A stretch of 64,000 nucleotides of DNA from an uncultured Spirochaetota bacterium (GTDB taxonomy: Bacteria > Spirochaetota > Spirochaetia > SZUA-6 > CAVTHK01): contig CAVTHK010000002.1 of assembly GCA_963734495.1 (NCBI GenBank), forward strand, positions 96,001-160,000. The letters are read 5' to 3'. Shown here one piece after another: positions 41,119 through 52,495 of the stretch. Below the pieces are notes generated by a model. That model searched no databases. It was not told the DNA's origin and saw only the letters and a list, made by a program, of their open reading frames with translations. How positions within the stretch are numbered: position 1 is the stretch's first letter; every line of letters starts with the position of its first letter. The position numbers were made by a program, and so were the translations under genes.

Positions 41119-42162
41119 ATGCGGCAAGCTTTGCACGGGGCCTTCGCCTCTGTCGGTCTCGCCGCGCTGGTCGGCCTGGCCGGCTGCCGGGACACGGGCT
41201 CCTACTACATGGTCGGCGGCGTGCAGGACCGGCGCGTGCTCCACTCGCTGTTCTCGCGGCTGGACCAGGCCGAGGGGCCTGCGAGCTTCACGCTGATCAA
41301 GACGATCTCCGACATCCTCTCGCGCACGGGGCATCTGCCGAGGCAGATCCTGTTCCTCACGCAGCACGTCGAGCTGCACCCCGACGACCCCTACAACTCC
41401 GTGTACCTCCTCATGGTCGCCAGGGCCTACGAGGACCTCAAGGCGGAGCCGTTCGCGGTACAGTACTACGACCGCATCCTCAAGAACTACCCCGATCTCA
41501 TCGTCAGCGGCGGCAGCGTCCACTACCTGTGCCTCACCCGGCTCCTCGACCTCGTGACCGACACCGAGAGGCGCATCGAGTACTACAAGGAGCTCATCGC
41601 CCGCTTCGGCGACCAGGTCGACGTCGGGAACACCTGGTACTACCTGGCGACCGCGTACGAGGAAGTCGGGGCCTGGGACCAGTCCATCCAGGCCTACAAG
41701 CGCTTCCTGCGCTTCCCGGACGCGCGGATCCCCGGGAAGCCGGACGTGCATGCGGAAATCACCCAGAAGGTCGCCTTCTACGACTCCAACAAGGACTGGA
41801 CCGTCCCCGACCTGCAGTTCCTGGTCTCCGAGGTCCGCGACGCCCTGGTGACGCAGAACCTCCGCAAGCTCACCCGGTACAAGGCGCGCAGCTTCTTCTC
41901 CAAGTACTGGGGCCAGCGCGATCTCATTGCGATCCAGGCGCAGGACTTCGACATTACCGAGTGGGTGAGGAGGTCGCGCGTCCAGGTCGCCCAGGAGCTG
42001 GAGCCGCAGTCCAATTCGCGGGAGGCGTACCTGAAGACGTGGAACTGGTTCTTCAGCGTATCCACCTGGTACCTCTATTTCCGCCGCGTCGACTTTCCGG
42101 CGGACCCCGAGATCGACGGCCGCTGGGAGTGGGCGGGCGTCTACTTCGGCGACGGCGGGTGA
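41119..42162 (+). CDS. TPR-containing lipoprotein
   Basis: Lipobox LAGC, TPR-like helices ([20 protein letters not shown]), conserved-looking C-terminus WEWAGVYFG. Confidence 0.8.
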   Translation: MRQALHGAFASVGLAALVGLAGCRDTGSYYMVGGVQDRRVLHSLFSRLDQAEGPASFTLIKTISDILSRTGHLPRQILFLTQHVELHPDDPYNSVYLLMVARAYEDLKAEPFAVQYYDRILKNYPDLIVSGGSVHYLCLTRLLDLVTDTERRIEYYKELIARFGDQVDVGNTWYYLATAYEEVGAWDQSIQAYKRFLRFPDARIPGKPDVHAEITQKVAFYDSNKDWTVPDLQFLVSEVRDALVTQNLRKLTRYKARSFFSKYWGQRDLIAIQAQDFDITEWVRRSRVQVAQELEPQSNSREAYLKTWNWFFSVSTWYLYFRRVDFPADPEIDGRWEWAGVYFGDGG

Positions 42163-42205
42163 CGGGGGGGGCACGCGGGCCTCATCCCGCGCGGCGCGAG
42201 GTCCG

Positions 42206-43111
42206 ATGACTCTAGACGTGAGCCGCTTCCTGCTCGCGTGCGCGGCGCTCGCCGCGGCGCTGCCCCTGACACAGCCGTCCGCCGAAGGACACGCGGGCCG
42301 CACGAGCGGCCGTGTCGACTGGGCCGCGGGCCGCGTCGTGATCGAAAGCTCCGTCCCGATCGCGGGGTACGCCGACCCCCGTGCGCGGTTCGAGGCCGAA
42401 ACCGAGTCACGGGCCGGGTTGCCCGGGCTGTTTCTGAGCTATGCACCCGCGCTGGTGATCTCTTCGTGGGACACGCTGGGCACCGCGGCGGCCGCGGACC
42501 CGACCCTCACCGCGTCGCTCGCGGGGATCGCGGGAGACGGGAGGCTCGACGGCTCCAGCATGTCCGAAGACCTGGCCACGGCGCGGCTCGCCTGGAGCTT
42601 CCCCCTGTTCGGTCCGGGGGGAGTGGCTTCGCTGCTCGTGACCCACCAGGTCCCGTCCCCACTGCCGCGTGCGCTCGGCGACGTGGCGGCGGCGCGCTAC
42701 ACCGGCGTCGTCATCTATGCGGCCGACCCTCTGCCCTCGTACGGGACCTCGGCGCGGCGGCTGCCGCGGCCCGCCCTCTTCCCGCGCATCTTCGACGACG
42801 GGATGAGCCTCGTGCTGGACAAGGAGATGTGCGATCCGGCGAGCCTCCTGCGCTGGGGCATGGTCGCGTATGCCGGCGACCCGGCGGATCCCGGCTCCGC
42901 GGAACGCGTCGGGTCGAACCCGCTGCGGATCCTCGCGCGCGGCGTCTTCGGCCGCAACGACACCGACCTCCTGATCCCGCGCGAGAGCGCCCGCAGGCTG
43001 CTCGCGAGCGACGAAAACCGCCGGCTGCTGCAGGAGGGCCGCATCGTCGTCGTCTACCGCAGCGTCACGACCCCGCTGGAGCAGGCCGCCGCGGCCGCCC
43101 CGCGGCCCTGA
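42206..43111 (+). CDS. Exported hypothetical protein (LPP20-associated C-terminal domain-like)
   Basis: Signal peptide; YTGVVI, PALFPRIFD, RVGSNPL, EGRIVVV motifs. Confidence 0.7.
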   Translation: MTLDVSRFLLACAALAAALPLTQPSAEGHAGRTSGRVDWAAGRVVIESSVPIAGYADPRARFEAETESRAGLPGLFLSYAPALVISSWDTLGTAAAADPTLTASLAGIAGDGRLDGSSMSEDLATARLAWSFPLFGPGGVASLLVTHQVPSPLPRALGDVAAARYTGVVIYAADPLPSYGTSARRLPRPALFPRIFDDGMSLVLDKEMCDPASLLRWGMVAYAGDPADPGSAERVGSNPLRILARGVFGRNDTDLLIPRESARRLLASDENRRLLQEGRIVVVYRSVTTPLEQAAAAAPRP

Positions 43112-43195
43112 TGGCGGCGGGGCTCCGCGCCCGGCACCGGCTTCCCCCGAAAAGTTGACTAAGTCGGCCGCTACCGGGATACTGCTGCCAAAGCC

Positions 43196-44486
43196 ATGCG
43201 CAGGTTCCGTTCCCGCCACCTGTTCCCGATCGCGGCCGCGATGTTCCTCGCGTCGTGCGGACCCCGCGCCGGATACGGCGTGCTGCTGTGGGCGCCGGGC
43301 ACCGCGTCTGCCGTGCCCCTCGGGTCCACCGGCTCGATCCTGCCCCTCGCCCGCGAGTCGAAGATCCAGAACGTCTACTGGGTGCGGCCTCCCAGGCAGC
43401 TGCGTCTGGCGGAGGTGCCGCTGTGGCGCATCCGCGCGTTCGGCTCGAGAAAACAAGCCGAGCGCTTCTCGCAGGACTACGCCCCCCTCGCATTCGTCTA
43501 TGCGTACTCGCTGCGGCGCGGCCTGCCCCTGCGCGATTCGCCCGGGCAGGACGCCAGGATCGTGTACAAGCTCGACGCCGACCAGGTGGTCAAGGTGGTG
43601 TGGCGCGCGGAGCGGCCCCAGAAGGCCGGCGCCTACACCAACCGCTGGTTCCGAGTCGTCACCGACGACGGCTCCGACGGCTACTGCTTCGGGCAGTACC
43701 TCAAGCTGTTCCAGACGCGCTCCGATCCGTACGAGGAGGCCGCCGCGATCCAGGCGCGCGACGAGAGCCTCGAGCGTATCCTCGCGGAGGGGTGGCGGCC
43801 CGAGTACTTCCGCGAGATGATCGACAAGAACCGGATAGACCTGCGCCGATTCCGCGACGACGTCGGGCTGTTCGCCGACCCGCAGGCGAGGCGCGTCCGC
43901 ATCCAGAAGGTCGCCGCGAGCTACCAGTTCGACTACCGGACCGTGCGCAAGATGAGCGCGACCACCTACCAGTTCGAGGGCAGCGACCTGCGGATCGAGC
44001 TCCTCGGCGAGGACCGGCTCGTCGCGAGCTACCCGACGCCGGAGCGTCTCGTGAGCGAAGTCTACGTCAACATCGAGCGAGGACGTCGGCGAGATCATCG
44101 AGAAGGAGCGCGCCCGCAGGCTGGAGATCTACAAGCCTTTCGCCGGCACGACGGTCAGCAGCAGCGCCTACGGGACGATCGCGTTCGCACCGGACATGAG
44201 CTTTACGTGGAAGGGCTACGAGCGGCTCGTCCCTTCTGTCGTGCCGGCCGGCGCGGGAGACCGCGGGCGGATCGACTTCCGCTACCACCTCGACCCCGAA
44301 TCGGCCCGCCGCTTCGACGGAGTGATGACCTTTCGGTTCGCCGCGCTCTCCGGGGACGGCGAGGTCAACTTCTTCTACAAGCGCGAGGGAGCAGCCATGC
44401 GGCTGGTCTTCGCGACGCCGAGGAGCGCCGATGACCTCCTGATGCGGGCCTCCGCGGCCAGCAGCTGGGTGCTCTTTTTCCAGTAA
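43196..44486 (+). CDS. SH3b-domain lipoprotein; frameshift near 44078
   Basis: Lipobox FLASC, GLPLRDSP..IVYKL, WFRVVTDDG.DGYCFG; continues in shifted frame to TAA at 44486. Confidence 0.8.
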
Positions 44487-46441
44487 TGCCGACCGTCAGC
44501 CTGACCGAGGTCTCGCACGCCTACGGGGCGCAGCTCGTCCTCGACCACGTGAGCCTGACACTGCGCGAGGGCGACCGCGTTGCGCTCGCCGGCGCCAACG
44601 GCAGCGGCAAGAGCACGTTGATGAAGGTCCTCGCCCGGCTGCTCGCGCCGGAAAGCGGCACCGTGATCTGGGAACGCGACGCGATGGTCTCCTATCTGCC
44701 GCAGTCCGGCATCAAGCTCTCCGGACGCAGCGTGCGGAGCGAGGCCGAGGAGGCCTTCGAGCGGTTCCACTCCCTCGAGGCGGAGCTGACCGCTCTGGAG
44801 GCGGCGCTCCATCGGGCCGGCTCCGGGGGCGAGGGCGATGCGGACCGGCTCGTGCGGCGGTACGCGCAGCTCGCCGAGCGCCGCTCGTCGGTGGGTTTCC
44901 TCGAGCCGCACGCGCGGGAGGAGGCGATGGAGCGGGTGCTCCGCGGCCTCGGCTTCGCCCGCGGGGATTTCGACCGACCGGTCGCGGAGCTCTCGAGCGG
45001 GTGGCAGATGCGCGTCGCGCTGGCGAAGACGCTGCTCGCGCAGCCCGACATCCTGCTGCTCGACGAGCCGACCAACTACCTGGACCTCGAGTCCCGGGAG
45101 TGGCTGCAGCAGTTCCTCTCCTCCTTTCGCGGCGGCCTTCTGATCGTGGCCCACGACCGCTTCTTCCTCGATCGCACGGTGTCGCGCGTCGCCGAGGTCT
45201 TTCTCGGCAGGCTCACCACCTACACCGGGAACTACACGCAGTACGAGGAGAGGCGGCAGGCCGAGCTGGGATACCTCATCGAGCGCTGGCGGCGGCAGCA
45301 GGAGGAGATCGCCCGGACGGAGATGTTCATCCGGCGGTTCCGCTACAACGCTTCCAAGGCCCGCATGGTGCAGAGCCGCATCAAGGCCCTGGAGAAGCTC
45401 GAGCGCATCGAGCTGCCCCCGAGCCTCAAGCGCGCGCACATCAGCTTTCCGCCTCCGCCGCACTCGGGGCGCGAGGTGCTCCGCGTCTCCGGCCTCGGCA
45501 AGAGCTACGGCGAGCTGCGGGTGCTCTCGGACCTCTCGCTCCTCGTGCACAGGGGGGAGAAGCTCGCGGTCGTCGGCGTCAACGGCGCCGGCAAGTCGAC
45601 GCTGCTGCGCCTGCTCGCGGGACGACTCGACCCGGACGCGGGCCAGGTCGTCCGCGGCAAGGACGTCGCGCCGGGCTTCTACTCGCAGGACGAGATCGAC
45701 ACGACGGAGACCGACGCGGTCATCGACGTCGTCGAGCGCATCGCCCCGACCGAAGTCGTGCCGAAGGTCCGCGAGCTGCTGGGGGCGTTCCTGTTCCGCG
45801 GGGACGAGGTGTACAAGCCGGCCTCCGTGCTGAGCGGCGGCGAGGCGAGCCGCCTCGCGCTGCTCAAGCTGCTCCTGCGGCCCGTCAATCTCCTGCTGCT
45901 GGACGAGCCCACCAATCACCTCGACCTGGCGACCAAGGACATCCTGCTCGACGCGCTGCGCACTTACCCCGGGACCGTGGTCTTCGTGTCCCACGACCGG
46001 GATTTCCTCGCCCAGCTCGCCACGCGCGTGCTGGAGCTCGAAGGCCACCGCGGGCGCGAGTTCCCGGGCGACTACGAGTACTACCGCAGCCGCAAAGCGG
46101 CCGAAGGCGACCAGGCCGACCCGCTGATCGCGCCCTCCGCACGCGCGGCCGCGAAGCCGGCGCCGGTCGAGGCGGCGTCCGCGCGCGACGAACGCGAGGA
46201 GTCCAAACGGCGGCGCACCGAGGAACGGCGCCTCCGCAAGGAAGAGGCCGAGGTCGTCGAGCGCCTGGAGACGCTGGAGCGGCAGCGGGCCTCGCTCGAG
46301 GAGATCCTCGGCCGCGAGGAGACCTGGCGCGACGGCGAGCGCATGAAGAAGATCAAAGTAAAGCTGGCCGAGAACCATGAGGAGCAGGCGAGGCTCGCCG
46401 GGCGCTGGCAGCAGATCGAGGAGCTGCTTGCCCACTCCTGA
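44486..46441 (+). CDS. ABC-F family ATPase
   Basis: Two NBDs (GANGSGKST, LSSGW, LLDEPTN; GVNGAGKST, LSGGE) plus C-terminal coiled coil, no TM. Confidence 0.95.
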   Translation: MPTVSLTEVSHAYGAQLVLDHVSLTLREGDRVALAGANGSGKSTLMKVLARLLAPESGTVIWERDAMVSYLPQSGIKLSGRSVRSEAEEAFERFHSLEAELTALEAALHRAGSGGEGDADRLVRRYAQLAERRSSVGFLEPHAREEAMERVLRGLGFARGDFDRPVAELSSGWQMRVALAKTLLAQPDILLLDEPTNYLDLESREWLQQFLSSFRGGLLIVAHDRFFLDRTVSRVAEVFLGRLTTYTGNYTQYEERRQAELGYLIERWRRQQEEIARTEMFIRRFRYNASKARMVQSRIKALEKLERIELPPSLKRAHISFPPPPHSGREVLRVSGLGKSYGELRVLSDLSLLVHRGEKLAVVGVNGAGKSTLLRLLAGRLDPDAGQVVRGKDVAPGFYSQDEIDTTETDAVIDVVERIAPTEVVPKVRELLGAFLFRGDEVYKPASVLSGGEASRLALLKLLLRPVNLLLLDEPTNHLDLATKDILLDALRTYPGTVVFVSHDRDFLAQLATRVLELEGHRGREFPGDYEYYRSRKAAEGDQADPLIAPSARAAAKPAPVEAASARDEREESKRRRTEERRLRKEEAEVVERLETLERQRASLEEILGREETWRDGERMKKIKVKLAENHEEQARLAGRWQQIEELLAHS

Positions 46442-46493
46442 GTGGGGTGGCCGGGCTCGACGGCAACGGCTAAAAGGGCTGCGAGGAGGGGGC

Positions 46494-47834
46494 ATGGGAG
46501 TCTTCAAGACGTACGACATCCGCGGGATCTACGGCAGGGAGGTCGACAAGGACCTCGCGTATCGCGTCGGGCGGGCGTTCGCGCGGAAAGCGGGCCTCAG
46601 GTCGTGCATCGTGGCTCACGACGCGCGCACCTACTCGCCGGACCTCTGCGGAACGGCTGATCGACGGGCTGCGGTACGAGGGGACGGACGTCATGACGCT
46701 CGGGCTGACGAGCACCCCGCACCTGCACTACGCGCAGATCGCGGGCGGGTATCCCGGCGCGGTGATGGTGACAGCCTCGCACAACCCGCCCCGCTATCAC
46801 GGGTTCAAGCTCTTCGGCGGCCGATGGCGGGTCGGTGAGCTACGACACCGGGCTCGCCGAGCTGGAGGCGCTCGTGGGGCGGCTGCCGGAGTCCGGCGCC
46901 GCGGCCAGCGGGCCGGCTCGAGCAGTCGAAGGACGCCTCGGCCTACATCGAGTTCCTGGCGTCCGCGGCGGCGCCGCCGCGCGATCGAGGGAGCTCGCCC
47001 GCCTCAAGGTCGTCATCGACGCCTCCAACGGGTCCGCGGGGGCGGTGTTCCGCGGCGCTGGCCCACAGGCTCGGCCTGCACGCCGGCGTCATCAACGGCA
47101 CGCCCGACGGGTTCTTCCCGAACCACAGCCCCAATCCGCTCGAGGCGGCAAGCCGCGAGCAGATCGCCGGCGAGGTGCGTGACATGGGCGCCGACGTCGG
47201 GGCCGTCGTCGACGGCGACGGCGACCGGATCATCTTTGTCGACGAGACCGGACGGGCGATCGAGGGCTATTTCGTCTCGGCGCTCATCGCGGAGCGGCTG
47301 CTCGCGGCCGAGCCCGGGGGCGCGATCGTCTACGACCTGATCTCCTCGCGTGTCCTGCCCGAGCGCATCGCGGAGGCCGGCGGACGTCCGATCGTATCGC
47401 GCGTGGGCTACACCTTTATCCACAGGGCCATGGTCGCGGAGCGGGCCCTTTTCGGGGCGGAGACATCGGGCCACGTCTACTTCCGCACGGCAGGCGGTTT
47501 CATCACGGAGTCCGCCGCCTACGCGCTCGTCGTCGTGCTGGACCTGCTCGCCGCGGCCGGCAGGCCGCTCTCCGAGCTCGTGCGGCCGCTGCGGGAGCGC
47601 TACGCGCAGGCGCCCGAGATCAACGTCGAGGTCGAGGACCGCGAAGCCGCCATGAAGAAGGTGGAGGCCGCGCACGCGGCGGCCGTGACCGACCGGCTGG
47701 ACGGCATCAGCGTGAGCTACCCGGACTACTGGTTCAACGTGCGGCCGAGCAACACGGAGCCGATCCTGCGCGTGCGCCTGGAGGCCTGCAGCGCGGCCGT
47801 CGCAGAGGCGCGCTGCGCCGAGCTGCGGCCCTGA
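46494..47834 (+). CDS. Phosphomannomutase/phosphoglucomutase; several frameshifts between 46650 and 47060
   Basis: FKTYDIRG, TASHNP, DGDGDR, GAETSGH, RPSNTEP. Confidence 0.9.
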
Positions 47835-47918
47835 TCGGTGCGTAGGGGCGGGGCGGGCGGCCTCTCGCACCCCCGGCCCGCGCCGGCGTTACATTCGAGG
47901 CAGGAGATCTCGCACCGT

Positions 47919-48513
47919 ATGAAGCTCAAGTACAATTCTCCGGTGATCCTCACGTTCGCCCTGGCGAGCCGGCGCGGTGATGGCCATCGCGAGCCTCCTC
48001 GGGCCCGCGTTCGTAGACGCCTTCTTCCGCGTCCCCGGGCGGAACGAGGGGTTCCGGTTGCTCTCGCTCGGCGGCCTGCGGCTGGTCACGCACGTCCTCG
48101 GGCACGCGAGCTGGACCCACCTGCTGGGGAACTTCACCCTGATCCTCCTGATCGGACCGATGGCCGAGGAGAAATACGGCTCGGGGGCTCTTCTCCTCAT
48201 GATGTTCACCACGGCCCTCGTGACCGGGCTCCTGAACGTGCTGCTTCTCGACACGGGCCTCTACGGCGCGAGCGGCATCGCCTTCATGCTGATCCTGCTC
48301 ACGTCGATCACGAACATCCGGGCGGGCGAGATCCCGCTCACGTTCGTGCTCGTGATCCTGCTGTTCATGGTCAAGGAGGTGTTCGCCGCCTTCCAGACGG
48401 ACAACATCTCGGAGTTCGCGCACATCCTCGGCGGCATCTGCGGCGCCTTCTTCGGGTTCCTGCTCCACGCGGGCGAGCCCGCCCAGCGGATCGAGGGACA
48501 GCGAGTGACGTAG
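47919..48513 (+). CDS. Rhomboid family intramembrane serine protease; frameshift near 47965
   Basis: HVLGH..W.HLLGN, GASG, AHILGG. Confidence 0.88.
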
Positions 48514-48598
48514 TCGCCGCACCGGCGCGGGAGGCCGCGCTGGTCAGCCCCCGCCGCTTTCTGCTATGCTTTCGCACGCCCGAGGTAACGACGCGAAC

Positions 48599-49664
48599 AT
48601 GTTCGAACAGAAGATCAAGGACGCCACCGACAGGTACGAGGCCGTGCAGGCCGAGCTGGCCGCGCCCGACATCACCCGCAACCAGAAGCGCTACCGCGAG
48701 CTGATGCAGGAGGCGAGCGGGCTGCGCGATCTGGTCGAGGCCGGCGTCCGCATGGAGCGCGTCGAGCGCGACCTCGCGGCGGCCCGCGAGATGGTCGAGA
48801 CGGCAAAGGAGAGCGACCTGCGCGAGCTCGCCCGGGAGGAGGCCCGCAGCCTCGAGGCGGCCCGGATGGGGCTCGAGGAGCAGATCAAGCTCCTGCTCAT
48901 CCCCAGGGACCCCCTGGACCTGCGCAACATCATCATGGAGATCAGGGCCGGCACCGGCGGCGAGGAGGCGGCGCTGTTCGCCGCCGACCTCTACCGCATG
49001 TACCAGCGTTATGCGGAAAACCGCGGCTGGCGGACCGAGCTGATCAGCGCCAGCGAGACGGAGATCGGCGGCTTCAAGGAAGTCATCTTCTCCGTGGCCG
49101 GGAAAGGACGTCTACGCCGACCTGCGCTACGAGAGCGGGGTGCACCGCGTGCAGCGAGTGCCCGCCACCGAGGCTCGGGCCGGATCCACACCTCGGCGGT
49201 GACCGTGGCCGTGCTCCCCGAGGCCGAGGAGACCGACATCGGATCCGGCCGGAGGACCTCAAGATCGACGTGTTCCGCTCCGAGCGGTCCCGGCGGGCAG
49301 AGCGTGAACACCACGGACTCGGCGGTGCGCGTCACGCACCTGCCCTCGGGCGTCGTGGTCATCTGCCAGGACGAGAAGAGCCAGCTGAAGAACAAGAACA
49401 AGGCGCTGCGCGTGCTGCGCGCCCGGCTGCTACGAGGCCGAGGAGCGGCGCAAGCAGGCCGAGCGGGCCGAGGAGCGGCGCTCGCAGATCGGCAGCGGCG
49501 ACCGCTCGGAGCGCATCCGCACGTACAACTTTCCGCAGAACCGCGTGACCGACCACAGGATCAACCTGACCCTCTACCGCCTCGACTCCATCATCGAAGG
49601 CGACCTCGCCGAGGTCATCGAGGCGCTCAGGCTCAGCGCGAGGGAGCAGCTGCTCAAGGCATGA
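48599..49664 (+). CDS. prfA: Peptide chain release factor 1; several frameshifts between 49100 and 49440
   Basis: [20 protein letters not shown] (PxT), [23 protein letters not shown]. Confidence 0.95.
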
Positions 49665-50495
49665 CGGTCCGCGAGGCCCTCCGAGAAGGACACCTCCGGC
49701 TCGCCGACCGCGGGATCGAGACTCCGCAGCTCGACGCCTCGCTGCTCCTCGCCGAGGCGCTCGGCGCGACGCGCGAGCAGGTGCTCGCGCGGCTTCCCGA
49801 GGCCGTCGCTCCCGCAGCGCTGGACCGCTACCGGGAGATGCTCGTGCGGCGCGCCGAGCGGGGTGCCCGTCTCCTACCTGCGCGGCCGCAAGGAGTTCTA
49901 CGGTCTCGCCTTCGCGGTCGGCCCCGCAGTGCTGGTCCCGAGGCCCGACACGGAGTTGCTGGTCGAGCGCGCCGTGGCTCTTGCGCCGCGGGGCGCGAGA
50001 GCGCACGACGCCTGCACCGGGAGCGGGTGCGTGGCCATCGCGCTCGCCCGCGAGCGGCCGGACCTGGACGTCAGCGCCTCCGACCTCTCCACGGCGGCAG
50101 GGGAGGTGTTCGCCGCCAACTGCCGGAGCCTCCTCGGACGCGAGCTGCGCTTCTTCGCATCGGACGTGCTCGCCGGCGCCGGCGGCCCTTACGATCTCAT
50201 CACGGCCAACCCGCCGTACCTCCGCGACGAAGAGGTGCGCGCGAGAAAAGCCGAAGGCTGGCCGGAGCCCGAGCTCGCCCTCGCCGGCGGGCGCGACGGC
50301 CTCGACGTCGCGCGCAGGCTCGTCGAGCAGGCGCCGGGCCGTCTGCGTGCCGGCGGCCGGCTGCTGATGGAAGCGGACCCCGGCCAGATGGCCGACCTCG
50401 CGCGCATCCTGGCTGATCGCGGCTTCGCGGAAGTGGAGCGCTCGCGCGACCTTGCCGGGCGCGAACGCGTGATCCACGCGAGGTGGCCGGGGTGA
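49661..50495 (+). CDS. prmC: Release factor glutamine methyltransferase; frameshift near 49860
   Basis: [22 protein letters not shown] overlap with prfA. Confidence 0.93.
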
Positions 50496-52467
50496 AGCCG
50501 GCGCCCGTCGATCTCGCCGCCCTCCTCGAGCCCTACGGCCAAGCCGACCGCGCGCGCATCACGGCGGCCGCCGCGTGGGCGGCGGAGCTGCACGAGGGCC
50601 AGAAGCGCGTGAGCGGCGAGCCCTACATCATCCACCCGTTCCACGTGGCGTCGATCCTGGTGGACCTGCGGCTCGACGCCTCGGCCGTCGTCGCGGCCCT
50701 CCTCCACGACGTGCTCGAGGACACCAAGGCCACCCCCGACCTGGTGCGCGCCGCCTTCGGGGACGAGGTGGCGCTGCTCGTCGACGGCGTCACCAAGATC
50801 GCCCACGTCGGGCCGCAGGGCCGGCGCGTGCAGAGCGCGGAGACGATCCGCAAGATCTTCTTCGCCATGGTCAAGGACGTCCGCGTCATCCTCATCAAGC
50901 TCGCGGACAAGCTCCACAACATGCGCACGCTCCAGTACCTGGACAGCCAGCGCGCCCGCGAGACCGCGGAGGAGTGCCTCGAGATCTACGCGCCCCTCGC
51001 GGGGAGGATGGGCATCTTCTCGATCAAGGACGAGCTCGAGGACCTCGCGCTGAAGTCCATGAACCCGCGGGCCTTTGAGCAGATCAAGCGCTTCGTCTCC
51101 GAGCGCAAGGGCGAGCGGGACGAGGCCCTCGACCGCGTCACCCGCAAGGTCTACGAGGCGGCCGCGCGGGAGGGCCTCGAGGTCGAGGTCAAGACGCGGG
51201 CCAAGCACTTCTACTCGGTCTACCAGAAGATGAAGCGGCGCAACGTGCCGCTCGACGAGATCTACGACCTCCTCGGGATCCGCATCCTCTGTCCCACCCC
51301 CGTCGAATGCTACAGCCTGCTCGGGCTCGTCCACAGGCTCTGGCCGCCGATCGCGGGGCGCTTCAAGGACTACATCGCGATGCCCAAGGCGAACCGCTAC
51401 CAGAGCCTGCACACGGTGGTGATGGGCGCCGACGGCCGCCTGATGGAGTTCCAGATCCGCACCTACGAGATGGACGAGACCGCGGAGTACGGCGTCGCCG
51501 CGCACTGGCTGTACAAGCGCGAGGGCGGCGCCCGGCCGCAGGACCTCGGCATCATCAACAAGCTCCGCGCCTGGGATTCGACGGCGTCGCAGAACTTTCT
51601 CGAAGAGATCAAGGCGGAGCTGCTCAAGGACTCGATCTACGTCTTCACGCCGCGCGGCGACGTGGTGGAGCTCCCCGTGGGCGCGACCCCGATCGACTTC
51701 GCCTACTACATCCACACGGAGGTGGGCCACCACGTTCAGGGCGCCCGCGTCGACGGCCGGATCTGGCCGCTGAAAAAGCCGCTCAAGAGCACGCAGATGG
51801 TCGAGGTCATCACGGCGGCGAACGGGAGGCCGCACGAGTCCTGGCTCTCCCAGTGCGTGACCCACAGGGCGCGCTCCAAGATCCGCCAGTGGCTCAACCA
51901 GAACGACCCTACGATCGCCGCCGAGCGGGAGCCGCCCGCGCGGCAGGAGCCACCGGCTCCCGCCCCCCGCCGGCGCCCCCGGTCGCCGTGCCCGGAGGCC
52001 TCGAGGTGCTCGACCGCTCGCGGGTCGGCATACGCATCGGCGAGGAGCGCAACATCCTGATCAGCATGGCGGGCTGCTGCGCCCCGACGCCCGGCGACGC
52101 CATCATCGGCTACGTGTCGCGGGGGCGGGGGATCATCGTGCACAGGCGCGGCTGCCGCAACATCGCCTTCATCAAGGACTTCGACGCGCGCAGCATCGAG
52201 GTCGACTGGGAGACGACGTCGCGCCTGGCGACCCGCCGCTTCCGGGTGACCACCCGCGAGGCGCCCAACGTCTTCTCGGAGATCGAGGGTGCCATCCGCA
52301 AGTTCCATGGGCACCTGATCTCGGGAAAGCTCACCCGCAACGACCGGGGCACCTTGACGGGGTACTTCACCATAGAGATCGAGGACCAGGAGCAGTATCG
52401 GAAGGTGCTCAAGAGCCTGCGCACCATCCCGTCGATGGTCAACATTCAGCCGTTGTCGACGGAGTGA
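50492..52467 (+). CDS. relA: Bifunctional (p)ppGpp synthetase/hydrolase Rel; frameshift near 51970
   Basis: HD motif LLHDVLED, RFKDY, YQSLH, EFQIRT, TGS (TPIDFAY), CC..P.D motif, ACT-like C-terminus. Confidence 0.93.
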
Positions 52468-52495
52468 GCCGCGGCCGGGCCGCTTCGTCGGGCCG

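Noticed and set aside
48599..49664. Programmed frameshift in a release factor gene
   Set aside because: The gene is RF1 (PAT motif), not RF2; there is no CTT-TGA slippery site, and several scattered shifts fit sequencing error
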